Of a stretch of 64,000 nucleotides of DNA, positions 19,974-28,662 are shown one piece after another. The DNA comes from Bdellovibrionales bacterium (GTDB lineage Bacteria > Bdellovibrionota > Bdellovibrionia > Bdellovibrionales > UBA1609): assembly GCA_041690295.1 (NCBI GenBank), contig JAWLHR010000004.1, positions 1 through 64,000 of the forward strand. The letters run 5' to 3'. Within the stretch, counting starts at the first letter, position 1; every line of letters starts with the position of its first letter. The notes beneath the pieces are model-generated. The model searched no databases. It was not told the origin of the DNA and was given only the letters and a program-made list of their open reading frames with translations. The position numbers and the translations under genes were made by a program.

Positions 19974-21023
19974 ATGCGACTGCTGACTTTTAATCTTTGG
20001 CACGGTTTGAGTCCAACAAGCCCCATCATGTTCGAACCGTTGGAGCCATCGGCGCGCCTGAGTTTGCGCGAAGAACTGCAAATTCACGCCATCGCCGAGG
20101 CGAAGCCGGATCTCTGTTTTCTTCAGGAAGTGAATCCCGTCACGTCCCGTATGGAGGCGCTGAAAGATAAACTTCGCATGGAAGGCGAATGCCAGCCCGA
20201 TCTGGCCGGAGTTAAGGTCTTCGGCATGGGCGTTCCGGTGAATCTTCATTCCGGTTTGGGTGTTCTCGCCGATCGCCGGTACGGCTTGAAACTCGTCGAA
20301 GCGGTTTCCCTCAGTCGGCCCAGCTTCAACTGGGTGCGCACCTGGGCGAGCTGGCAGTTGAAAGAGGAGCGATTCGCCCTTTTTTGCGAAACTCTTCTGC
20401 CGGGATGGGGCAAGGTTTTATTGATCAACACCCATTTGCATCACGGTTTGGAATGCGACGATCAAATCTGCAATGAACTCGATGAACTGGCCAAGAAAGA
20501 GGATCTCAACGCCGCCTTCGTGAGCGAAGTGAGAGAACGGCTGCAACAGGGGAATTTTCGCCGTGAAAGCGAAATCACCGTTTTGGTGAATAAGATCTTA
20601 TCCTACGCCAAACGCTATTCCGCGGTTGTTTTATGCGGCGATTTTAACGCCACGCCGGCAAGTCCACTTTTTTCCAAACTGCGTGAAATCGGTTTTCGGG
20701 ACGCTTGGGAGGAAGCCCATCCTCAGGATCCCGGCTACACCTTCGATCCGGAGAACAATCCAGCCAATCATGTGATACAATCGCGCTTTATGATGCCGAA
20801 TATCGTGCTCGAAGACCTCACGTTTTCCGCCAAAGTGAAAGAGAGCTTGATTCAGTTGACTCAAAAACATGAGCGTCGCCCGCGCCGGATCGATTACGTG
20901 TGGTTCCGCTCGCCGACGTTGAATCTGAAAGTGAAGTCGGCCGAATTGATCGGAAAGCCCAATAGTGAAGGATTGGCGCCATCGGATCATTTCGGCGTGT
21001 GCGTGGATCTGGAAGTTGAATGA
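19974..21023 (+). CDS. Endonuclease/exonuclease/phosphatase family protein
   Basis: TFNL, LQEV, NTHL, GDFN, RIDY, PSDH. Confidence 0.9.
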   Translation: MRLLTFNLWHGLSPTSPIMFEPLEPSARLSLREELQIHAIAEAKPDLCFLQEVNPVTSRMEALKDKLRMEGECQPDLAGVKVFGMGVPVNLHSGLGVLADRRYGLKLVEAVSLSRPSFNWVRTWASWQLKEERFALFCETLLPGWGKVLLINTHLHHGLECDDQICNELDELAKKEDLNAAFVSEVRERLQQGNFRRESEITVLVNKILSYAKRYSAVVLCGDFNATPASPLFSKLREIGFRDAWEEAHPQDPGYTFDPENNPANHVIQSRFMMPNIVLEDLTFSAKVKESLIQLTQKHERRPRRIDYVWFRSPTLNLKVKSAELIGKPNSEGLAPSDHFGVCVDLEVE

Positions 21024-21358
21024 AGGAAATGGGACCGATCGAAAAAATCCTCCGTGAAAAGTTGGGCAATATCCTGGCGCCGAGTGTATTGGAGCTGAAA
21101 AATGAAAGCCCGATGCATGGCTTACCCGCCGAGGCCGAAAAACACTTCCGCTTGGTGGTGGTTTCCGAACTTTTTGCCGGAAAATCCCGCATCGACCGTC
21201 ACCGGCTCATCAATCAGATCGTGGCCGATGAGTTGAACACCCATGTGCACGCGCTTACCATTCAGGCGTACACGCCCGAGGAGTGGCGTGAGCGCGAAGG
21301 GGCCACATTTGATTCCCCTCAGTGTTTGGGCGGCGGCAAGCGTGAACGAGAGCGTTAG
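21020..21358 (+). CDS. bolA: BolA family protein
   Basis: NESPMH, HFRLVVVS..F.G, RHRLI, HALTI. Confidence 0.9.
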   Translation: MKEMGPIEKILREKLGNILAPSVLELKNESPMHGLPAEAEKHFRLVVVSELFAGKSRIDRHRLINQIVADELNTHVHALTIQAYTPEEWREREGATFDSPQCLGGGKRERER

Positions 21359-21531
21359 CGGGAGAGTTCCTGGAGCTGTCGCTTAAGCTGCTCCATCAAT
21401 TCCAAATGGCTCTGGGTCTCAAACTCGGATTCCGGTTTCGTGGAGATCACTTCCGCCAGCTCATCAAGTTGGTCTTTGAGCTTGCGACACAGCTCCTGAA
21501 CTCCAATATGACTTTGCGGCTTCGTCTTCAT
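21355..21531 (-). CDS. Small coiled-coil hypothetical protein (58 aa, below ORF-track cutoff)
   Basis: ATG 21531 to TAA 21355: MKTKPQSHIGVQELCRKLKDQLDELAEVISTKPESEFETQSHLELMEQLKRQLQELSR; fills the bolA-ettA gap. Confidence 0.5.
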   Translation of the reverse strand: MKTKPQSHIGVQELCRKLKDQLDELAEVISTKPESEFETQSHLELMEQLKRQLQELSR

Positions 21532-21598
21532 AGAGCATTTAGGATAAGTAGAGACCTAGTCCTTTGACAAGGAGTAAAGCGCCAGTTACAGGTGAGCT

Positions 21599-23278
21599 AT
21601 GGCGAATGAAATTATCTACACCATGAAGGGTGTGAGCAAAGTTTATCCTCCCAATCGGTATGTGCTCAAAAACATATACTTGTCCTATTTTTATGGCGCG
21701 AAGATCGGCGTGCTGGGTTTGAACGGCGCCGGAAAATCCTCGTTGCTTAGAATTATGGCGGGTGTGGATCAGGATTTCCTCGGTGAAGCGTTCCCCGCGC
21801 GCGACTTCAAAGTCGGCTACCTGGAACAAGAACCCAAATTGGATGAAAGCAAAACCGTTAAGCAGAACGTGATGGACGGTCTCGGCGAGATCAATCATGT
21901 GCTAGCGGAATTCCAAAAAGTCTCGGATGAGTTGTGCAATCCGGATCTCGATCCGGATAAAATGGAAAAATTGATCGAAAAGCAGGCAGCTCTCCAGGAG
22001 CAGATCGAGGCGGTGGATGGTTGGTCCATCGACTCCAAAGTGGAGCAAGCCATGGATGCGCTCCGCTGCCCCGATGGCGATTTACCGGTGACCAATTTGT
22101 CCGGGGGAGAGCGTCGTCGTGTGGCGCTCGCCCGTCTTCTTTTGTCGAACCCAGACATTCTCTTGTTGGACGAGCCCACCAACCATTTGGATGCGGAAAG
22201 CGTGGCGTGGCTCGAACATTATCTCCATAAATTCCCCGGCACCGTGATCGCTGTGACTCACGATCGTTACTTCCTCGACAATGTGGCGGGCTGGATTTTG
22301 GAACTGGATCGGGGCGAAGGGATTCCCTGGAAAGGCAATTACACCTCTTGGCTGGAACAAAAAGAAAAGCGCCTGCAACAAGAAGCGAAAAGCGAACAGC
22401 GCCGTAACCGCACCCTTGAGCGCGAGCTGGAGTGGGTTCGCAAAACTCCCCAGGCCCGTCAAGCGAAGGCAAAAGCGCGGTTATCCGCCTACGAAAATCT
22501 CTTAAAAGAACCGCCGCCCGAGAAACTGCAGGAAATGCAGATTTACATTCCGCCTGGACCGCGTCTGGGTGAGGTGGTTATCGAGGCTAAGGACGTTTCC
22601 AAGGCCTATGGCGATAAACTCTTATTTGAAAACTTGAACTTCACCATTCCCCGGGGAGCCACCGTGGGAATTATCGGCCCGAACGGCGCCGGTAAGACCA
22701 CTTTGTTCCGATTGATCACTGGTCAGGAGAAACCCGATAGCGGAACCTTCAAAGTGGGCGAAACCGTGAAACTGTCCTACTTGGATCAGGCGCGAACCCA
22801 GCTCGACCCGAATCGTTCGGTGTACGACGAAATTTCGGGCGGTGATGATGTGATCAAGCTCGGTTCCCGCGAGGTGAATGCCCGCGCCTATTGCTCATGG
22901 TTCGCCTTCGCCGGCGATTCACAACAAAAGAAGGTCAAGGACTTATCGGGCGGTGAGCGTAACCGCATGTACATGGCCAAGATGCTCAAGCAAGGCGGTA
23001 ACGTCCTCTTGCTCGACGAGCCGACCAATGATTTGGACGTGAACACCATGCGGGCCCTTGAAGAAGCCCTGCTGGAATTCGGCGGCTGCGTACTGGTCAT
23101 TTCCCACGACCGCTGGTTCCTCGACCGGATCTGCACGCACATCATGGCCTTTGAAGGGGACTCGAAGGTTGAGTTCTTCAATGGCAATTACTCCGAATAT
23201 GAAGCGGCGCTGAAGAAACGTTTGGGTGTGGACACGCTCCAGCCCAAGCGCATTCAATATCGAAAGCTCAGCCGTTAA
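21599..23278 (+). CDS. ettA: Energy-dependent translational throttle protein (ABC-F)
   Basis: Two ABC cassettes (GLNGAGKS, GPNGAGKT, LSGGE), IYLSYFYGAKIG, IYIPPGPRLG. Confidence 0.95.
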   Translation: MANEIIYTMKGVSKVYPPNRYVLKNIYLSYFYGAKIGVLGLNGAGKSSLLRIMAGVDQDFLGEAFPARDFKVGYLEQEPKLDESKTVKQNVMDGLGEINHVLAEFQKVSDELCNPDLDPDKMEKLIEKQAALQEQIEAVDGWSIDSKVEQAMDALRCPDGDLPVTNLSGGERRRVALARLLLSNPDILLLDEPTNHLDAESVAWLEHYLHKFPGTVIAVTHDRYFLDNVAGWILELDRGEGIPWKGNYTSWLEQKEKRLQQEAKSEQRRNRTLERELEWVRKTPQARQAKAKARLSAYENLLKEPPPEKLQEMQIYIPPGPRLGEVVIEAKDVSKAYGDKLLFENLNFTIPRGATVGIIGPNGAGKTTLFRLITGQEKPDSGTFKVGETVKLSYLDQARTQLDPNRSVYDEISGGDDVIKLGSREVNARAYCSWFAFAGDSQQKKVKDLSGGERNRMYMAKMLKQGGNVLLLDEPTNDLDVNTMRALEEALLEFGGCVLVISHDRWFLDRICTHIMAFEGDSKVEFFNGNYSEYEAALKKRLGVDTLQPKRIQYRKLSR

Positions 23279-23823
23279 GCGGCGGCCGCGACCGGGGCTG
23301 TCTTTTTCGCGACAGCCTCGCTGACCACCTCATAAGCCTTCTGTAAGCGTACAAACTTGGCTGAGGCCTCTTTTCGCTCGGCGGGGGTCGCCCCAACGAG
23401 ACGGTCGGGGTGGTAACGTTTGGCCAATCGCCGATAAGCTCGCTTTATTCTTTGCTTGGAAAGCCCTTCCCGTAACTCCGACGCCCCGAGGGCGATCAGG
23501 GTCTCGACCAGGGTTCGCGTACGCGCGTCGAATTGATTCAGAGGAATGACTACCTCGGGCGCGGACGGAGTTTTTTCTTTTCGCGTATTATGTAACTTAC
23601 CGGCCTCCTTCGAGGAGTTTACCTTGGATTTAATTTCCTCAAGGGGACGGGGGCGGGGATAACGATTCAGTCCAAAGCGGGAAAAGACCGTCTGATTTAA
23701 ATGAATATCGAAGGCCCATGTGTTGGCCCCCTCCGAATAGGAATTTTCCGAGGGAGATGGCGGGGTTGTGCTCTCCTCCTCCTTGAGAAACTCGGACAAA
23801 ATGTCTCGAAACGACTTTTCCAT
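23275..23823 (-). CDS. C-terminal J-domain (DnaJ-like) protein
   Basis: IKRAYRRLAKRYHPD...KFVRLQKAYE; start set at ATG 23823. Confidence 0.85.
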   Translation of the reverse strand: MEKSFRDILSEFLKEEESTTPPSPSENSYSEGANTWAFDIHLNQTVFSRFGLNRYPRPRPLEEIKSKVNSSKEAGKLHNTRKEKTPSAPEVVIPLNQFDARTRTLVETLIALGASELREGLSKQRIKRAYRRLAKRYHPDRLVGATPAERKEASAKFVRLQKAYEVVSEAVAKKTAPVAAAA

Positions 23824-23940
23824 AGAGGGAAAATCGGAAGAATTTCGGTTTTCCCCGAGGGAAACACGACCATTTCTGGTCGGAAAAGGGGTTTTTCCGA
23901 GGGGAAAATGCATTTTCCCGAGGGAAAAACCACTTTTCCC
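23816..23940. repeat. Four imperfect palindromic TTTTCC(C)GAGGG(G)AAAA elements
   Basis: Copies at about 23816-33, 23849-64, 23892-908 and 23913-29, plus a half-site at 23934-40. Confidence 0.7.
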
Positions 23941-24037
23941 TGCATTTTTCTTTGGACAAGCTGGACCTTTTCAGTATCATCAATCGAGTAAGCCATAACA
24001 AACTAACAACCAAAGCGATTTGGGAGGGGAATTCAAA

Positions 24038-24430
24038 ATGGCGACTAAGAAGAAAAGAAAAGCGACGAAGAAGAAAGCCACCAAAAAGGCCACTAAGAAG
24101 GCCACGAAAAAAGCCACTAAGAAGGCCACAAAGAAAGCGACTAAAAAAGCGACGAAGAAGGCCAAGAGAAAAGGTGGAAAAAGAAAAGCCAATGCGGCTT
24201 TCATGAAACCCTTAACTCCGAGCGCGGCTTTGGCCGAGATCGTTGGATCCTCGCCGCTGCCCCGTACTCAGGTGGTTAAAAAATTGTGGGCCTACATCAA
24301 GCGCCACGGCCTGCAAGACAGCAAAAACAAGCGCAACATCAACGCGGATTCCAAACTTCGTTCCGTGTTCGGAAAGAACACTGTTTCGATGTTTGAAATG
24401 ACCAAGTTGGTGAGCAAGCACCTGCGCTAA
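24038..24430 (+). CDS. SWIB/MDM2-domain protein with histone H1-like (KKAT)n tail
   Basis: NAAFMKPLTPSAALAEIVG..PRTQVVKKLWAYIK..GLQD SWIB motif; GGGAGG RBS. Confidence 0.92.
   Translation: MATKKKRKATKKKATKKATKKATKKATKKATKKATKKATKKAKRKGGKRKANAAFMKPLTPSAALAEIVGSSPLPRTQVVKKLWAYIKRHGLQDSKNKRNINADSKLRSVFGKNTVSMFEMTKLVSKHLR
24071..24166 (+). repeat. Coding 12-bp tandem repeat (7x KKAT + KKAK)
   Basis: AARAARGCSACN units read directly from the sequence. Confidence 0.9.
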
Positions 24431-24454
24431 GTCGATTTCAAATCGATCGAACGT

Positions 24455-24487
24455 AAAAACCCACGGTCGCAAGCCGTGGGTTTTTTT
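24455..24487 (+). terminator. Rho-independent terminator
   Basis: AAAAACCCACGGTC-GCAA-GCCGTGGGTTTTTTT hairpin with T tract. Confidence 0.85.
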
Positions 24488-24599
24488 ATTCTTAACTCTT
24501 TGAAATTCCTTCAGTGTTGTCGAACAAAAAACGCGCGGTTTTCGCGCGAAAAAATCTTTCGTAGTCGCATCTGTGACTGATTTTAACCGTTTAGCCTCG

Positions 24600-24615
24600 C
24601 GGAACAGTCCTTGCT
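24600..24615 (+). promoter_or_regulatory. Possible sigma54 promoter
   Basis: CGGAACAGTCCTTGCT, GG-N10-GC. Confidence 0.35.
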
Positions 24616-24685
24616 ATTGGAGTCCGTCATAAACACGGATTCAAGGATGAGGGTCCCAATGGTCAGAGAAGCGGACGGTGGGTTA

Positions 24686-24952
24686 ATGGGTTGGAGTCGC
24701 GGTGGCAGCCGGAGGCAGTCTCAGCGGCTAGGGCTGGCGGTCATGCTGGCTTTGTTTTTTTCGACGCAAAACCTTTGGGCCCTTAACCTTGATGAAGAAA
24801 TCCAAAGGCGAAACGAATCGGCCAACCAGATCTCGACGACCCTGGGTCGGGATCGCGCTCCGGTCAGACCAGCGCTCCCCAGCCTCGAATTGGACGCCGA
24901 TGACGATTATAAGGTCCAACTTATTCCCAAGAAACAAGACAAATCGGGTTAG
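24686..24952 (+). CDS. Small secreted hypothetical protein (start uncertain)
   Basis: Signal-like LGLAVMLALFFSTQNLWA then a charged mature region. Confidence 0.5.
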   Translation: MGWSRGGSRRQSQRLGLAVMLALFFSTQNLWALNLDEEIQRRNESANQISTTLGRDRAPVRPALPSLELDADDDYKVQLIPKKQDKSG

Positions 24953-24970
24953 TTCTGTTACCAGATAGGC

Positions 24971-25726
24971 ATGTCGCCATTGAGAACCGATGAAATCCCG
25001 AAAATGCGGGCCGCTGGAAAGCTGGCCGCGCGGACTCTTGAACACGTCGGCCGATTCGTTCGCCCCGGAATCACAACCAATGAGCTGGATCAGATCGTCC
25101 ATGACTTCACATTAAGCCACGGCGCCGTTCCGGCTCCCCTCGGGTACCATGGCTATCCTAAATCCAGCTGCACGTCCGTGAATGCGTGTATTTGCCATGG
25201 GGTGCCCGATCAGACCGTGTTGAAGGAAGGCGACATCGTCAATATCGATGTCACCTGCATTCTCGATGGTTTTTATGGGGACACCTCGAAGACCTTCTTC
25301 GTGGGTGAGGTGAATCAGGCGGCCCGGGATATCACTGACTGCGCCGAAAAGGCCATGTGGAAGGGCATTGAAGAGGTCCGCCCCTTCGCCACAACCGGAG
25401 ATATCGGTTTCGCCATTAACAAGTACGTGACCAAGAGGGGTTACCATGTGGTGCGGGAGATCGGCGGTCACGGGATCGGCAAGGTTTTCCATGATGATCC
25501 GTTCGTGCCCTCTTACGGCAAAAAAGGGCGGGGTCCCAAGCTTCAGCCTTGGTGCTGCATCACGGTTGAACCCATGATCAATGAGACGGACGCTCCACTC
25601 GAGGAGTTTTCGATCCCTGGCTCCGAGATCAAGTACTATTTGACCGGAGATAGGACTTTATCGGCCCAATTTGAACACACCGTGCTCGTGACAGACCGCG
25701 GTTATGAAATCATGACTTTGCCTTAG
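24971..25726 (+). CDS. map: Methionine aminopeptidase type I
   Basis: ICHGVP, NIDVT, GDTS, GHGIG, TVEPMIN, SAQFEHT. Confidence 0.96.
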   Translation: MSPLRTDEIPKMRAAGKLAARTLEHVGRFVRPGITTNELDQIVHDFTLSHGAVPAPLGYHGYPKSSCTSVNACICHGVPDQTVLKEGDIVNIDVTCILDGFYGDTSKTFFVGEVNQAARDITDCAEKAMWKGIEEVRPFATTGDIGFAINKYVTKRGYHVVREIGGHGIGKVFHDDPFVPSYGKKGRGPKLQPWCCITVEPMINETDAPLEEFSIPGSEIKYYLTGDRTLSAQFEHTVLVTDRGYEIMTLP

Positions 25727-25815
25727 CGGGCGAATTGGCTTAATTCTGAGCTTTTCAGCCCGTGACAGGCGGGCACGGCCCAAAGCAAAAGGTGGATGAT
25801 ATGCGAGAGGTTACC

Positions 25816-27183
25816 ATGAAGACGAAGTCGGCAAAAACCGTAGTCGCCAAAGGCGCTTCGAAAGTGGACTATCGTGTCTGTAAAGAAGCGATGGAAGATC
25901 CCAAAGTTTTCGCCGAGATGGCTCGCTGGGGTCGCGAAGAAATCAAAATCGCCGAAACCGAAATGCCGGGTTTGATGGCTTTGCGTGAAGAATACGGTAA
26001 ACGCAAACCCCTCAAAGGCGCGCGCATCGCCGGTTGTCTTCACATGACCATTCAAACCGCCGTGCTCATTGAAACTCTGGTTGAGCTTGGCGCTAAGGTT
26101 CGTTGGAGTTCCTGCAACATCTTTTCTACCCAGGACCACGCCGCGGTGGCCATGGCCGCCGCCGGAATTCCGGTTTTCGCTTGGAAAGGCGAAACCGTGG
26201 ATGAGGCGAATTGGTGTATCGAACAGACCATTGAAGGTTGGGGACCGGACGGTTTTGACCTGATCCTCGATGATGGCGGTGACTTGACCAACATGATGCA
26301 CGAGCCGCGCTATGCGAAGTACATGAAAAACATCATCGGGATCACCGAAGAAACCACGACTGGTGTTCACAACCTGGAGAAACTCCATCGTGCGGGTAAA
26401 CTCAAAGCTCCCGCCATTAACGTGAACGATTCCGTGACGAAATCGAAATTCGACAATCTCTATGGCTGCCGTGAATCTTTAGCGGATGGTATTAAGCGCG
26501 CCACCGACGTGATGATCGCCGGAAAAGTGATTGTTGTGGCCGGATACGGCGATGTGGGTAAGGGTTGCGCGCATTCGATGCGCTCCTATGGCGGTCGGGT
26601 CTTGATCACCGAAATCGATCCGATATGCGCTCTTCAGGCGGCCATGGAAGGATTTGAAGTGGTCACCATGGAAGAAGCGGTTGAAAAAGCCGACATCTTT
26701 GTGACCGCCACTGGATGCTGTGACATCATCACTGAAAAGCACTTCAAGAAAATGAAATCCGGGGCGATCGTCTGCAATATCGGTCACTTCGATATTGAGA
26801 TCGATATGGACTGGTTGAATAAGAACACCAAAGTGCGCGAAATCAAACCGCAAGTTGATATTCATACGTTCAAAGACGGCCGCGAGATCATTGTTTTGGC
26901 CAAAGGCCGCTTGGTGAATCTGGGCTGCGCCACCGGCCACCCATCGTTCGTGATGTCCAACTCCTTCACCAATCAGGTGTTGGCGCAGATGGATCTTTGG
27001 CTCAACCGCGCCAAGTACCAGGACATCGGCGTTTATCGTTTGCCGAAGGAATTGGATGAGAAAGTCGCGGCTTTGCACTTGGGCAAAATCGGCGTGAAAC
27101 TCACCAAGCTGACAGAGAAACAGGCCAAGTATCTCGGCCTGAACCCCAAAGGCCCGTTCAAGCCCGAACACTACCGCTACTAA
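25816..27183 (+). CDS. ahcY: Adenosylhomocysteinase
   Basis: [57 protein letters not shown] before ATG 25816. Confidence 0.97.
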   Translation: MKTKSAKTVVAKGASKVDYRVCKEAMEDPKVFAEMARWGREEIKIAETEMPGLMALREEYGKRKPLKGARIAGCLHMTIQTAVLIETLVELGAKVRWSSCNIFSTQDHAAVAMAAAGIPVFAWKGETVDEANWCIEQTIEGWGPDGFDLILDDGGDLTNMMHEPRYAKYMKNIIGITEETTTGVHNLEKLHRAGKLKAPAINVNDSVTKSKFDNLYGCRESLADGIKRATDVMIAGKVIVVAGYGDVGKGCAHSMRSYGGRVLITEIDPICALQAAMEGFEVVTMEEAVEKADIFVTATGCCDIITEKHFKKMKSGAIVCNIGHFDIEIDMDWLNKNTKVREIKPQVDIHTFKDGREIIVLAKGRLVNLGCATGHPSFVMSNSFTNQVLAQMDLWLNRAKYQDIGVYRLPKELDEKVAALHLGKIGVKLTKLTEKQAKYLGLNPKGPFKPEHYRY

Positions 27184-27501
27184 AAGGTAGGCCGTTCCAA
27201 ATCAGGATGCAGCTGGTCGCTACTGCGGCTATTTAGCCGCCCACGAGCGGCCGCTGCAGTGGCTGTTCGTTTTATCAGACGTCGTCGCGTGCGACATAGC
27301 CCCCTCGGCGAAGAGGTCGCCGTTCCATTCTCGAGAGGTCACCGTCTACCTGTGACTGTGGCCTGTGAATTTCGCCGCAAAGCTTCTTGGCCGGCACGGG
27401 TGAGAAACGGCCATCAATTTCGCCCAACATCCTTTGGTCATATTGCAATTTGAAATCGAATACGCTTCCACCGATGGTCACAAGGGCGCTACCCTGAAAC
27501 C

Positions 27502-28632
27502 ATGAACTTGTTCGCGGCCTTCGCTCTCCTTCTGAATTTCGCCGCCGCTCAGACGTTTGAGCAGTTGGGGCCCTTCGGAACCAAAGATCGAAAACTCATG
27601 AACCCCAACCATTGGATGGCCGTTGTCGGTGATAGCGGCGTGACGGGAGTCGTGACCGCGACCGATATTGAAGCGACGGTTCCCTCGTTGATGCATCTTT
27701 TCGGGGATTTCTTTTCCACGCGTCGGTGGACGCCGCGAGTGGCTCTGGCCAGCGAGCTGCCGGCCGCGAGCCGATTCGGCATTGAAAAAATCGAACCCTT
27801 AACCCGCATTTTTTATTCAAGCGGGGAGTTCGAACGAAACGGGTGGCTTGGAAAACTGACGGCGAACCTGACCGCGAAACTGGCGCTGCGGCTGGATCAG
27901 CCGGAAAAATCTTTCGCTTACATGCTAGGCCGGTCCAGAGGAATTGCCGCCAGCGACATTGTTCTGGTCGGACAGGATGGGGCGCGGCTCGATTCGATCG
28001 CCGATCAACTTCAGCGCGTTTTCGAAATGAAAACCAAAACTCTTCCGCCGCTGATCGTGTTGTCGTTCACCGCCAATGACTACTGTGACGAAGACATTTT
28101 TGATGAAGATTTATCAGTCGTCGAGGCGCGTCTCTCAACACTCCTTTTAAAAGCTTGGTCGGATGCCAAAGAGTCGTTGCAACGTCCTCATCCGAATGGC
28201 ACGCGGATCATGGTTTTGGCTCCGCTCGATGTGGGTCACGTGATCACCAACCCCGACATTCAAGCCAAGCGCATCCGCATGGAAGGTCATGGCGAGGTCA
28301 CCTGTGGTCAGGTCAGAGAAGGTGAATTGGGATTCAACCTCAAAACCCGCTTTATCCAAAAACTGATCGGCGGATTGTGTCCATCGGTCACCGGAACCAA
28401 ACCCAGCGAAATAGAAAAAGTCGAACGGCTTCGAGCCGTCCAACAAATTCTCATTCGCGTGTGGCAGGCCGAAATCGATCGGCTCAACCGCACCTACACG
28501 CAAATCCGATGGGAGTTGGTCGATGAAGTTCGCCAAATCTCATTTGTCGCCGACGACGTGGGCCCGGACTGTTTTCATCCCTCAGTCCACGGCCACGGTA
28601 AAATCGCCGAGCTGTTACTCAAAAAGATTTAA
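27502..28632 (+). CDS. Secreted SGNH/GDSL hydrolase
   Basis: Signal peptide; VGDS block I, TAND block III, DCFHPS block V. Confidence 0.75.
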   Translation: MNLFAAFALLLNFAAAQTFEQLGPFGTKDRKLMNPNHWMAVVGDSGVTGVVTATDIEATVPSLMHLFGDFFSTRRWTPRVALASELPAASRFGIEKIEPLTRIFYSSGEFERNGWLGKLTANLTAKLALRLDQPEKSFAYMLGRSRGIAASDIVLVGQDGARLDSIADQLQRVFEMKTKTLPPLIVLSFTANDYCDEDIFDEDLSVVEARLSTLLLKAWSDAKESLQRPHPNGTRIMVLAPLDVGHVITNPDIQAKRIRMEGHGEVTCGQVREGELGFNLKTRFIQKLIGGLCPSVTGTKPSEIEKVERLRAVQQILIRVWQAEIDRLNRTYTQIRWELVDEVRQISFVADDVGPDCFHPSVHGHGKIAELLLKKI

Positions 28633-28662
28633 GGATCAAAGTCTTTAAGCAATGAAACTAAT

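Noticed and set aside
23816..23940. CRISPR array
   Set aside because: Repeats are about 16 bp and imperfect, spacing is irregular (4-27 bp) and no cas genes are present.
23980..24204. Hydrophobic 74-aa ORF (VAFF repeats)
   Set aside because: Antisense shadow of the KKAT repeat.
25727..25815. SAH or SAM-SAH riboswitch upstream of ahcY
   Set aside because: Only a small GCCCG/CGGGC hairpin is visible and I could not match the conserved cores; an Infernal/Rfam scan would settle it.
27184..27501. 318-bp intergenic region as ncRNA or small ORFs
   Set aside because: Only short hairpins; no recognisable family or convincing RBS.
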